DNA of 56,875 nucleotides from Prorocentrum cordatum (taxonomy: Eukaryota), in contig CAUYUJ010000057.1 of the NCBI GenBank assembly GCA_963575745.1, forward strand, positions 62,001-118,875, read 5' to 3'. Position 1 is the stretch's first letter. Each line of letters begins with the position of its first letter. Positions 38,132 to 47,930 of this stretch are shown here, one piece after another. Below the pieces are notes generated by a model. It saw only the letters and a list, made by a program, of their open reading frames with translations, searched no databases and was not told where the DNA came from. Made by a program: the position numbers and the translations under genes.

Positions 38132-39532
38132 TCACCGCGGGCTGAAGGGCGAGCGCGGCGCGGGGAGCCCAACTCCCACGCCGCGAGGCGATCGCGCCTC
38201 GGCCCCTTGCCCCCGCCGGCCCTTCTTGCCAGATCGCTTGGCATTGGGCTTCGGGAGGGCTCGTTCCTCGCGCGCCTTGCGGCGCTCCTTCGCCTGCGCC
38301 GCATCGCGCGCCAGCTCGGCAGCCACGTGCGTCTGCAACTGCGGGCACACACACATGTGTTCTCGTGAATGCTGATTCCCAAGGAGCAAGTGCCAGCCGA
38401 AACTCTCGTCGTCATGATCTCCATTGAGGATGTGGCGGTACCTCTCCTCTTGAACCTGCAGCGAGCGGCACGCGACCTCAAATGAAGTCAGAGACGCCAC
38501 GTTCAGCTGGTCGTAGCACACACCCTCTTGCAGGATGCGGCAGCACTCCTCGTGCTCCACCACTCCAGGGTCGGCATCCGTGAGGCGGAAGGAGGTCTTG
38601 AACACCGTGTGCCTGCCCAAAGGGGTGCCGCCGTGCTCGCAGATGAAGCGAAACACCCAGAGGCAGGTCGTGGGTCCCGACAGCCCCCAGTCGGGCCAAG
38701 GATGTTCTACCAGCCGAAGGACCCCATCCCTGAACTTGATGTGACGCTGCCCAAGCATGTCATACACGACAGCCAACACCCTGGCATCAGGAGAAGCAGG
38801 AAGGGCAGCAGCGGCACCAGGGGCCGCCGCGAGCGCCATCGGCGTGGCGGCAGCGGCGGGCGCCACCCCAGGCAGCGCGGCCGCGCCAGGGTCCGCCGGC
38901 GCACCCGCCCCACCGCCAGCCGGTGGCGGGACCGCGGGCGCAGGCGGCGGGGCGGCCAGAGCGCCAGGGGCCACAGGTGCGGTGGCGGCAGGAGCTGCGG
39001 CGCCTCCGGGCGGCAAGCCAGCCGCGGGGCCAGCAGCACCAGCCACGGGGACTCCGAGCGCACCTACCAGAGCGCCCACGCCGCCCGCCAAGCCTCCAGC
39101 AAGGCCGCCGCCAGCTCCTCCACCTCCATCGGCGGCAGGTCCAACAGCAGCTCCTGGTTCAGTGAGCGCGTGCACCCCAGCAGGCAAACCTAGCACATTG
39201 CCAGCACCCAACTCCAGGTTCAGCACCGGCGCCGGAGGCCGCGGGAAGCCGGAAGCCACTCCGCGCGCGATGGCGGCCCAGGCCTCGGCTGCAGTCGGCA
39301 GACGCCGAAACCGATGCCCATGTCCTCCGCCGAGCCCCCCTGGCATCGCCCCCTGGCCCGCGATCCTCATGACCTCCGCCACGTCGGGCCCAGGAGCGTT
39401 AGCCTCGTCGTAGTCGTCCGCGTCTGGAGTCATGATATACGACAAAGCACTCCTCTCGCCAAGCGTCAAGCGCTCATGCCACAGAAGCGGACCCGCAACG
39501 CGGTACCGCACCAGGTAGAAAGCGCCAGCCAT
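38132..39532 (-). CDS. gag-like ORF of the YR retrotransposon
   Basis: Uninterrupted ~466-aa ORF just upstream of RT, with globular N- and C-terminal parts separated by an Ala/Gly/Pro linker. The call rests on position. Confidence 0.65.
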   Translation of the reverse strand: MAGAFYLVRYRVAGPLLWHERLTLGERSALSYIMTPDADDYDEANAPGPDVAEVMRIAGQGAMPGGLGGGHGHRFRRLPTAAEAWAAIARGVASGFPRPPAPVLNLELGAGNVLGLPAGVHALTEPGAAVGPAADGGGGAGGGLAGGLAGGVGALVGALGVPVAGAAGPAAGLPPGGAAAPAATAPVAPGALAAPPPAPAVPPPAGGGAGAPADPGAAALPGVAPAAAATPMALAAAPGAAAALPASPDARVLAVVYDMLGQRHIKFRDGVLRLVEHPWPDWGLSGPTTCLWVFRFICEHGGTPLGRHTVFKTSFRLTDADPGVVEHEECCRILQEGVCYDQLNVASLTSFEVACRSLQVQEERYRHILNGDHDDESFGWHLLLGNQHSREHMCVCPQLQTHVAAELARDAAQAKERRKAREERALPKPNAKRSGKKGRRGQGAEARSPRGVGVGLPAPRSPFSPR

Positions 39533-40092
39533 CACCGCGACTGCAGTTGCGGAAGCTTGCTAGCACGCGACTGCGCAGCGGCGAGCTCCGCCAAGTCGAC
39601 CTCAACGATAGTGTGGGCTCCCGCTGCGGCCTGCCCAAGCTCGAGCCCGAGCGGGCTGGCTGACCCCTGCGCCGAGCCGCCGCCGCAGAATGAGCCCAAG
39701 AGTCGCATCAGCACCAGCAGCAGCCGCGCGGCAACCCCCAGCAGCAGCTTCCCAGCCTCCACAAAGATGAGGCCGAGCAGGCTGATGACCAGCTGGCTCA
39801 CCCACGAAGGCCCCGCGTCGCCTGCCGCGGGGCAGGCCGGGCAAGGGGTGCACGGCGAGGGACAGCTCTGCACCTCGCGAACCTCCACGGCGGCCGAGAT
39901 GCACTCCGAGAGCGGCATGAGCCGAGCCCCCGCGTCCCAGGCCTCCCCCGCGCTGTGCCCAAGGCCAGCGCTGGCAGAAGGCGGTGCCAGCGGCACCGGC
40001 AAGGCCCACGGCGCAGAGAGCCACCACCAACGCGCCAGGCCAACCGCGCCGAGGTGAGCGATGAACGAAAGCCCGACCCCACGGGCTTGCAT
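39532..40092 (-). CDS. Small putative membrane protein at the 5' end of the YR element
   Basis: 186-aa ORF with hydrophobic stretches and CPSPCTPCPACP. Its TGA overlaps the gag-like ATG (TGATG). Confidence 0.45.
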   Translation of the reverse strand: MQARGVGLSFIAHLGAVGLARWWWLSAPWALPVPLAPPSASAGLGHSAGEAWDAGARLMPLSECISAAVEVREVQSCPSPCTPCPACPAAGDAGPSWVSQLVISLLGLIFVEAGKLLLGVAARLLLVLMRLLGSFCGGGSAQGSASPLGLELGQAAAGAHTIVEVDLAELAAAQSRASKLPQLQSR

Positions 40093-40329
40093 GGGGCGAG
40101 GGCGGCTGCGCCCTCAAAAATTTGAGCAAGTACGTCGACGGGCAACGTCGCTGCGGCGATCATCCAACTGCTCTGCACATCACTTCAGCTGGTCAAAAGT
40201 TGACAGGTCGATGAAGATGTATATATAGCTAGAAAGACATAATCAATATATGTATATATATATGTATATATACACATACATACCTGGAACCATCGCGCGC
40301 GCTTCGCGCGCGCTCAAGTTCTAGCTAGG

Positions 40330-40700
40330 ATAATCGTCATCGTCATCATCGCCATCATCATCACCATCATACCTGGCGTCATCGTCAGCGGCATCGTCAG
40401 CGGCATCGTCATCATCACCATGACCATCACCATCATCACAATCGTCACCATCACCACCATCAGCAGCAACATCGGCATCATCATCGTCATCATCGCCATC
40501 GTCGTCATCATCGTCAGTACCGTCACCTGAATTATCAACATAATCATCCTCATCATCACCATCGTCATCATTATCAGCGTCGTCGTCGTCGTGATCGTCG
40601 TCATCGTTATCGACATCATCATCGTCATCATCTTCATCATCCGCCCACGCCTGCATCACAAGCACCATCACCAGCATCGCCACCATCATTATCAGCATCG
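40330..40700. repeat. (CAT/CGT)n degenerate microsatellite
   Basis: Directly visible. Confidence 0.9.
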
Positions 40701-41980
40701 GCGTCCACTCGTCCACTCGTGGTGACGCGGAGGCCTACCAGAGACGAAATAGCCTCGAAATTCGATCCTCGAGGCTGGAATTCCGATGTGAAGATTGTTT
40801 GGGTCGACTTCTGAGGCTCTTACGAGACGGGAACTTGGGCCGCGGACGTCGTGGTCTCTTCGATGCGGAGGTCGGTCGCTGGCGTCGGCCGCCCTCTGAG
40901 GGCCGCTTCCGCTCCCTGGGACCATGAAGAAAACGATCCTCCAGGAGGGTAGTGCGCCTGAGGCCAGCATGCCTGGGTGATGGGCCAGTGTCCTGCTGGA
41001 TGCCTGTTGGGCGGCTCCCGGGGTCGAAACCCGCATATTGTTTCCGAGCTGCGTCCAGCCGTGCTTCAGAGGGGCCAGCGTCGGCCGCCCTCTGGAGACC
41101 GCTCCCGCTTCCCGGGACCATGAAGAAAACGATCCTCCAGGAGGGGCGCGTCGAGGTTCGACCCTCTGGTTCGTTCGGAGGATTGTGCGGCTCCTGCGGG
41201 AGCTGTCTGGGGGACTTGGGTTGTGCGCCTGAGGCCAGCATGCCTGGGTGATGGGCCAGTGTCCTGCTGGATGCCTGTTGGGATGTGTGAAGTCTTTCGG
41301 GGGCATCCTTTAAAGCTCTCGACAACCTCTTGGGTACTTCGTGGCTGCCTTTTGGGGCCTGGTGGAAGTCTCTTGGGAGCCTTGCGGGGCCCTTTCGGCG
41401 CCTTTTGGAGGCCTCTTGGAGCTTCCTGGCTGGGGGCCTCTCGAGGCTTCTTGCGGACTCCTCGGGGCCTCTTGGGAGCTTCTGGTGGGCGAGGGCTCGA
41501 AATGTCAGTTCGTGTTCCTCATCTGGGGCTCCTCTTGGAATATTCTGGGAGCTCTTTTGGGCCGTCTTGGAAGCTTCCTGGGCCGTCTTGGGGCCCTCTT
41601 GGGCTGTCTCGGTGGTTTCTTGGGGGCCTCTTGGCTCGTCTTGAGGCGATCTTTCGGGCCTCTTGGGCCGTCTTGGAGCGTCTGGAAGCCGATCTAGGGA
41701 GAACGCCAACACCCTGCAAAAACCCAGTAAAAATCAATGACAATTCCCTCTTGGGTCCCTCCAGGGGGTGCTGTCGGAGACCTGCTGGGACGCTTTGGCA
41801 GCTTTTTAACCGTCTTGGAGTGCTCCCGGGCCGCTTCGGATCTCTCTTGGGCTGTCCTGAGGGCGTCCTGGAGCCATTTTAGAGGGTCCTGGGAGCGTCC
41901 TGGCGTCTCCGGCGGGGAGGTGACCACAGCCACTGGGCAAAGTGAGGCCCCCCCCTGGTCCAGGACCCCCACCCCATTTT

Positions 41981-42017
<37 letters not shown>

Positions 42018-42776
42018 ACAGACAGAGAGCGGAGGGGGAGCAACAACAGAAAGATAGGGAAAACAAGAGGAGGGGGATAGCAATACATTAGATAGCGCGA
42101 CGCTGTGCATCGCTGAACATGCAATGCATCAAAGCTCCACAGACACACCACGCCGCATGGATACCAATACCAGTGCGTCGAAATACTGGCGGCGATGGCA
42201 TGATAATATAAGTATTCGGTCGTGGACGGGGACAACGGGTGAAGTAGCCAAATAAAAAACAGCGCCTTGTCAATGTGAGGACGATTCGGTCTAACAAACA
42301 TGTGTATATAAACATGGACGAACGAGGTGCGCGAGCCCATGCGCCAAACCACAACGGCACGCCCTTTCTCTGTATCTATACAGTCGCCCCTAGTTCTGGA
42401 GGCTCCCGGAAAGCCAGTGTGTCGGACATGTAGGAGAGAATGTCCATGGAGATGGTGGAATTTCTAACTGGCTCTCGTGGGGTGGCGAAAACGAACGCCC
42501 TGTCAAACATTCCAGCTCCACTGGGTCTTGACAGATATGGGACCACGATGAGGAATGACCGAACTTCTGGAAAGTGTGGTTGATGCCGGCAGCACGGAAA
42601 CAAGGCGCTGCGATGCTGCGAGCTCCTCAACTAACGGGGCCAACCTGGCAACGTCGGTGAGGAGAGGGTCGAAGAGGCGTGATGAAGACAGGGGGAGATG
42701 CGGCACATAATGGTGGATCCACTGCGACAGAACAACGTGTGGTGCAAAACCATGGACAACATGCGGCCGGAGGAAT

Positions 42777-42859
42777 CTGTCCATCAGCATGTCGATCTTG
42801 GACAGTACGTTGACGTGGGGCAGCTCCATCTGCATCATCGCCGCCAGCGACAACAACAC
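42777..42859 (-). CDS. GPN2: GPN-loop GTPase 2 exon
   Basis: AG|GTG acceptor. VLLSLAAMMQMELPHVNVLSKIDML matches the GPN ELPHxNxLSKxD motif. Confidence 0.85.
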
Positions 42860-44124
42860 CTCGGGCATCCCCTCCTCCTCCTCCTTCCTCCTCCTCCTCC
42901 TCCTCCCCCCCTCCTCCTCCTCTCCTCTCCTCCTCCTCCTCCTCCTCCTCCTCCTCCTCCTCCTCCTCCTCCTCCTCCTCCTCCTCCTCCTCCTCCTCCT
43001 CCTCCTCCTCCTCCTCCCCTCCCCAGCCGGGCCGGCCAGGCGGCACTGCCGCGGGCCCCCTGCTCGGAAGCCACACGCTCCCGCCGCTCGTCCTCTCTCA
43101 CGCACGCACCGCTGCGCACGCGCAGGGCCCGGGCGGTGCGATCGACGCGCCTGCGGTCTTCGCGGATGGCCCCCCGCGGTGCGCCACGTCCGCCGCGTCC
43201 AGGTGGGATACAAAAAAAAACACAAGTGCGATATATAAAAAACAAATGCTTCATCACACTTGTTTTTGTGTCACACTCTGGTCATCGCTCGGACGCCCAT
43301 TCCCTGTGTTTTTTTTGGTTTCATGCGTGTTTTTCTGGCCAAATGATCAAGGATGCTCCTCGATGATCCTCGCCGAAGGAAAAATGCACACGTCCGAGCG
43401 ATGCCAAGCACTTGTTCTGTTGGTATCACGCCTGCTCTTTGTACCACGCTCGCTTTTCTGTTGTATCACACACTTGTTCGGAGCACCCCTTGCCCACGAG
43501 TGCCCAGAGCAGAGCGAGCGGTCCGCAGAGGAGCCCAGCCAGAGCACCAGGCCGTGGCAGAGCCACGCTCCAGGCACGAAGCCAGTGGGGGGCCGGGCAC
43601 TCTGCCAGGGAGGGGGGGAGGGGGAGACAAGACAGTACGAGAGCCGATGCGAGCCAGGTGGCAGCAGCGACAGACAGCGGTGAAATACCTTCCGGATGCG
43701 TTCTGGCAGGCATGCCAGCGGCTTCCGCTGGAAGGAAGGAGGAGGAGGAGGAGAACAAGGAGGAGGCAAGAGGGGGCAGGAGGGCATTGGAGGACCCTCC
43801 CTCCCCGCCTGCAGCGCTCCACAGGGGGGAAGGGGGGGGCTTCAAGTAGCAAGTCCGCTTGCGATCACTGGGAGCAGCCCGAGCCCCGAGGGAGTCTCCG
43901 CCCCCCACCGCGACCAGAAGCTGTGGGATGGTGGGGGATCGGGGATAGGGGAGGCACAAGGCAGCAGCAACAACAACAACGGCATCAACAACAATACTGT
44001 AGTTCTAAGACTGTTCGCTTTTACTGGCACGCGTGTCTCATTCTCAACCCTCGATACCCGCCCACTTCGTCCCTTTCGGGGGGAATATCTTCCTTGTCGG
44101 CCTCTGACTGACATGCGACGACCT

Positions 44125-44645
44125 CTCAAGCGAGAGCGCCGTTCCTGAGTTCGGGGGCCTCTCTGGCCAGGGTCTCTCGGAATACAGAATGAGAAATACC
44201 AGACGGGAGCCCTGGTCGCCGTGCCTGGGCCTCCACCACCTCGTCTGAAATACGAAGAAAGGTCTCGAGCGAGGGCGCCACTCTTGAGTTCGGGGGCCTC
44301 TGGCACGGGCCTCCGCGAATACATGGAGGAAGTGTCGAGAGCCCTTGTCGTTGAAGCTGGGCCTCCAGCAATTTGACCGAATCGCGAGAAAATCTCGAGC
44401 GAAGGCGCCGTTCCTGAGCTCGGGGGCCACCCCGGCCAGGAGCTGCCCGGGTTAATCGCGAGGAGGTACCGAGCGGGAGCCGTTGTCGTCGTGGCCGGGC
44501 CTCCGCCAACTGAACCGAACTGCGAGGAAGTCTCTAGCGAGAGCGCCGTTCCTGCGTTCGGGGGTCTCTCTGGCCATGGTGTCTCGGGGTAAACTGTGAG
44601 GAAATATCGAGCGGGAGCCGCTGTCGTCGTAGCCGGGCCTCCAAG
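44125..44645. repeat. Four tandem ~135-bp degenerate units
   Basis: gcgagagcgccgttcctgagttcggggg recurs at ~44129, 44268, 44398 and 44537. Confidence 0.8.
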
Positions 44646-44749
44646 GGCACACTTTTACACTCAAACCAACGCTCGCGCGGGAGCCTCATTTTTATAGAAA
44701 ATGTGGTCGGCGTCGAGGCAAGAGCGCGCGGAATCGTTCCTGGAGATCA

Positions 44750-46900
44750 ACAATAATGATTTCCTAGAAAAGAATTTCATCAACAACAACAACGACGACG
44801 GAATCGACGACGACGACGACGGCAACAATAACAATCATGTTAGGACTGTTCTAAGCCCTCGATGCCCGCCCTCTTCGTCTTCGATCGTAACCCTTCGGGG
44901 GTATATGTATCTTTCTTACCTGCAACGTGTATTTCGTGCAGCCCCTGAGGCAGGATAGAATGAGGACGGATGGAAGGTAGGGACAAGGGGCAGGCGGGTT
45001 GCCAAAGCGTGCATCCTGCATGAATTGCAAGGAAGTCTCAAGTGATTGCGCGATTGCCAAATCCATCGTAAGGAAAGACACGCGAGAGCGTGATTCCTGA
45101 GAGTCGAAGGCGAGGCGTTTGATTAAATTGTGAAGAATGTCTGCGCGAGAGCGCGATTCGTGCATACCTGTCAGGACGGCCCGCGCGAGCGCGCGATTTG
45201 GGAATAACTTCTGAGCAACTATCAGGCAGGAGCCGCTGTTCTCGCATTTCAGGGCCCTAAAACGCAATTGGGTGACCCCATCGCTTTCCCGTGGGAAAAA
45301 ACAGGGTGCAAGCCCGGGGAAAAGCACGGTTACCAGAGAGGAGGCTAGAGCTGAACATTCCAAACCAAGAACACCAGCAACAACAACAACAGCAACAACA
45401 ACAGCAACACTCATACTATTCATGATAAGCGTGTTCGATACAATCTGCTCGCGTGCCATTCAACACGCATGCCCCAACCCTCGATACCCGCCCTCTTCGT
45501 CTTCGATCGTATAAGTGTAAGTCGTGCAGCCCCTGAAGCAGGGGAAGAGAAGACGGCTTGAAGGACGGGGCGAGGGGGAGGGAGGAGGATTGAGCACGAA
45601 ACAACGTCACAGAACCAGGAGCCAGGAGCAGAAACTACGTCGCAGAACCAGACGGGCAGATCGGGCGGGTAGACCCCAACGGGCGGGTCGGGAAGGGGGG
45701 CCCAGGCTGCCAGGTCGAGCAGGCGGGTTGCTGAAGCGTGCGTCCTGCATGAATCGCGAGGATGTCTTGAGCGATAGCGCGAGCCTCAAATGAATCGTGA
45801 AGAAATCCAAAGCGAGAGCGTGATTCCTGAGTGTCGAGGGCACGGCGTCTGAATAAATTTCAAAGAAGTCCACCGCTGCGCAAATTGTGAAGAAGTCCCG
45901 CGCGAGAACGCGATTTGGGAATAACTTGTGAGGAAGTATCAGGCGGGATCCGCTGTTGCTGCAACCCGGGGGCAACGGGCGCAATTCGGTGGCACCTCAT
46001 TTGCAATTTGTTAAAAAACTGCGGGAGAAGTTTTTATGAATGGAGGACCTACAAATGGTTACCGGCGAGGAAGGATCAACAATGGAAATAATATTTCCCA
46101 AGAAAGTCAACAACATCAACACCACCAACAACAACACCAACACCAACAACAACAACCACAACCACAACAACAACAACACAAACAGCAACACCTACAACAA
46201 CATCAACGGCAACATCAACAGCAATCAGCTGCACACTGTTCGCTCTTATCTGCTCGCGTGTCATCAACACGTATGTTCCCAACCTTCGACACCCACCCTT
46301 TTCGTCTTCGATCGTACCCCCTGGGGGTATCCAGATATATGGATGTGTGTATATACATATATAAATATATACCACTCGCAACGTTTATTTCATGCAGCCC
46401 CTGAGGCACGGGAAGAGAGGACGGATGGAAGCAAGGGACGGGGGAAGGAGGAGGAGGGAGCACGAGAGAGAATAGCAGGAGGGGGACCAGGAGCAGAAAC
46501 TTCGTCGCAGAACCAGACGGGCAGATCGGGCGGGTAGACCCTAACAGGTGGGTCGGGAAGGTGGGCCCAGGCGGCCAGCGGCCAGGTCGAGCAGGCGGGT
46601 TGCTGAAGCGTGCGCCCTGCATGAATCGCGAAGATGTCTCGAGCGATAGCGCGAGCCGCAGATAAATCGCAAGGAAATCTACAGAGAAAGAGAGAGAGAG
46701 AGAGAGAGAGAGCGTGATTCCCGAGTGTCGAGGGCGCGCCGTCTGACTATATTGTGAGGAAGGCCCACGCGAGAGGGCGATTCGTGCATAATTGTGAGGA
46801 CGTCCCGCACGAGAGCGCGAGTTGGAAATAACTTGTGCGGAAGTATCAGGTGTGAGCCGCTGTTGTTGCAAACAGGGCGCCAACAACTTAATTCTAAGAC
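44750..46900. repeat. Three tandem ~0.6-0.9 kb degenerate units, each led by an (AAC)n tract
   Basis: The strings cctcttcgtcttcgatcgta, gcagcccctga, gcaggcgggttgc, gagcgtgattcc and gaataactt recur in the same order three times. Confidence 0.8.
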
Positions 46901-47334
46901 CCAGGATTTCCCCGGATAAGGGAACAAGGTGCGAGCCCCAGGAAGGACACTTCAGTCGAAAAAACAAAGAATGTGCCCCAGAGAGGGGGAATCAACAATA
47001 ATTATTCTTTAAGAATGAGAATTCAACAAAAACAACAACGACAACAACAACCATTGACTCGACGCGGAGATCCCGATATGTGCAGATCAGTTCCTGGCAA
47101 TCCGCCTGTGAGTATCCAGGTCAGAGAGCTCAGCCTGTGGCAACTGAGTGATCCTCGGCGGATCCTGACTGGACTGACCAAGTTGCATTCCTGCTAGATC
47201 TGGATACCCTTTGGGCTCTGAAAGAAGCGGGGCTGGGGGTGCCTGAACCTGCGTTTCGTCTGCGAGGTCTCAGGATCTGGGCGAGAACTGGCACATGTAA
47301 CGCCCCCTGACGGCGCCGGGGTGCGCAAACGCTG

Positions 47335-47930
47335 GGCAACCAAACAAGCAAACCGCCTAAGACAGCACAACAATCTGGGCGCGAACGGTGACGTGAAACC
47401 ATCCCTGGCGGCTCCAACTTGGGGTGCTTCAGTGCCACGTCTGCCGTGCTACATCGCGACGAGCACAGGACCTCTGAAAAGAAAAAAATCTGACACGCCA
47501 AACAGGCAACCCGACTGAGACATCGCCACAGTCTGGGCGCGAACGGGCAAATGTCCTAAACCCTGGCGGCTTTTCCTTGGGGTGCTCAAGTGCCACGCCT
47601 GCTACATCACGATGAGCATGGGGCTCTGACAGAAAAATGTCTGAGCCACCAAAAAGGCAAACCGCCCGAGCCATCCCTTCAATGTGGGCGCGAAGGGGCA
47701 AATGTCCCGCCCCCTGGCGGTTTCTCCTGGATGTGCCAAAAGAGCCACGCCTGTTACATCGCGACGAGCATGGAACTCTGGAAAGAAGTCTCAGCCACCA
47801 AACAGGTCAACCGCCTGAGACATCCCTACTATCTTGGCGCAAGCCAGCAAATGTCCTACCCGTTGGCGGCTCATTCTTGGGGTGCCCGAGGACCGCGCAT
47901 GCCACATCGTGATGAGCATGGGGCTCTGAC
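47335..47930. repeat. Four tandem ~150-bp degenerate units
   Basis: ccaaaca..caaccgcc..gggcgcgaa..tggcgg..cttggggtgc..acatcgcgacgagca recurs at ~47340, 47497, 47648 and 47797. Confidence 0.8.

Larger units (their letters stand above)
33594..40207 (-). mobile_element. Tyrosine-recombinase retrotransposon (DIRS order, PAT-like split direct repeats) carrying a C5 DNA methyltransferase; degenerate
   Basis: Order is gag-like, RT, RNase H, YR, DNMT. Repeats: A1 40122-40207, B1 33869-33986, A2 33783-33868, B2 33594-33711. Confidence 0.85.

Noticed and set aside
44125..47930. CRISPR-like arrays
   Set aside because: Units are degenerate over their whole length with no unique spacers, there are no cas genes, and the context is eukaryotic.
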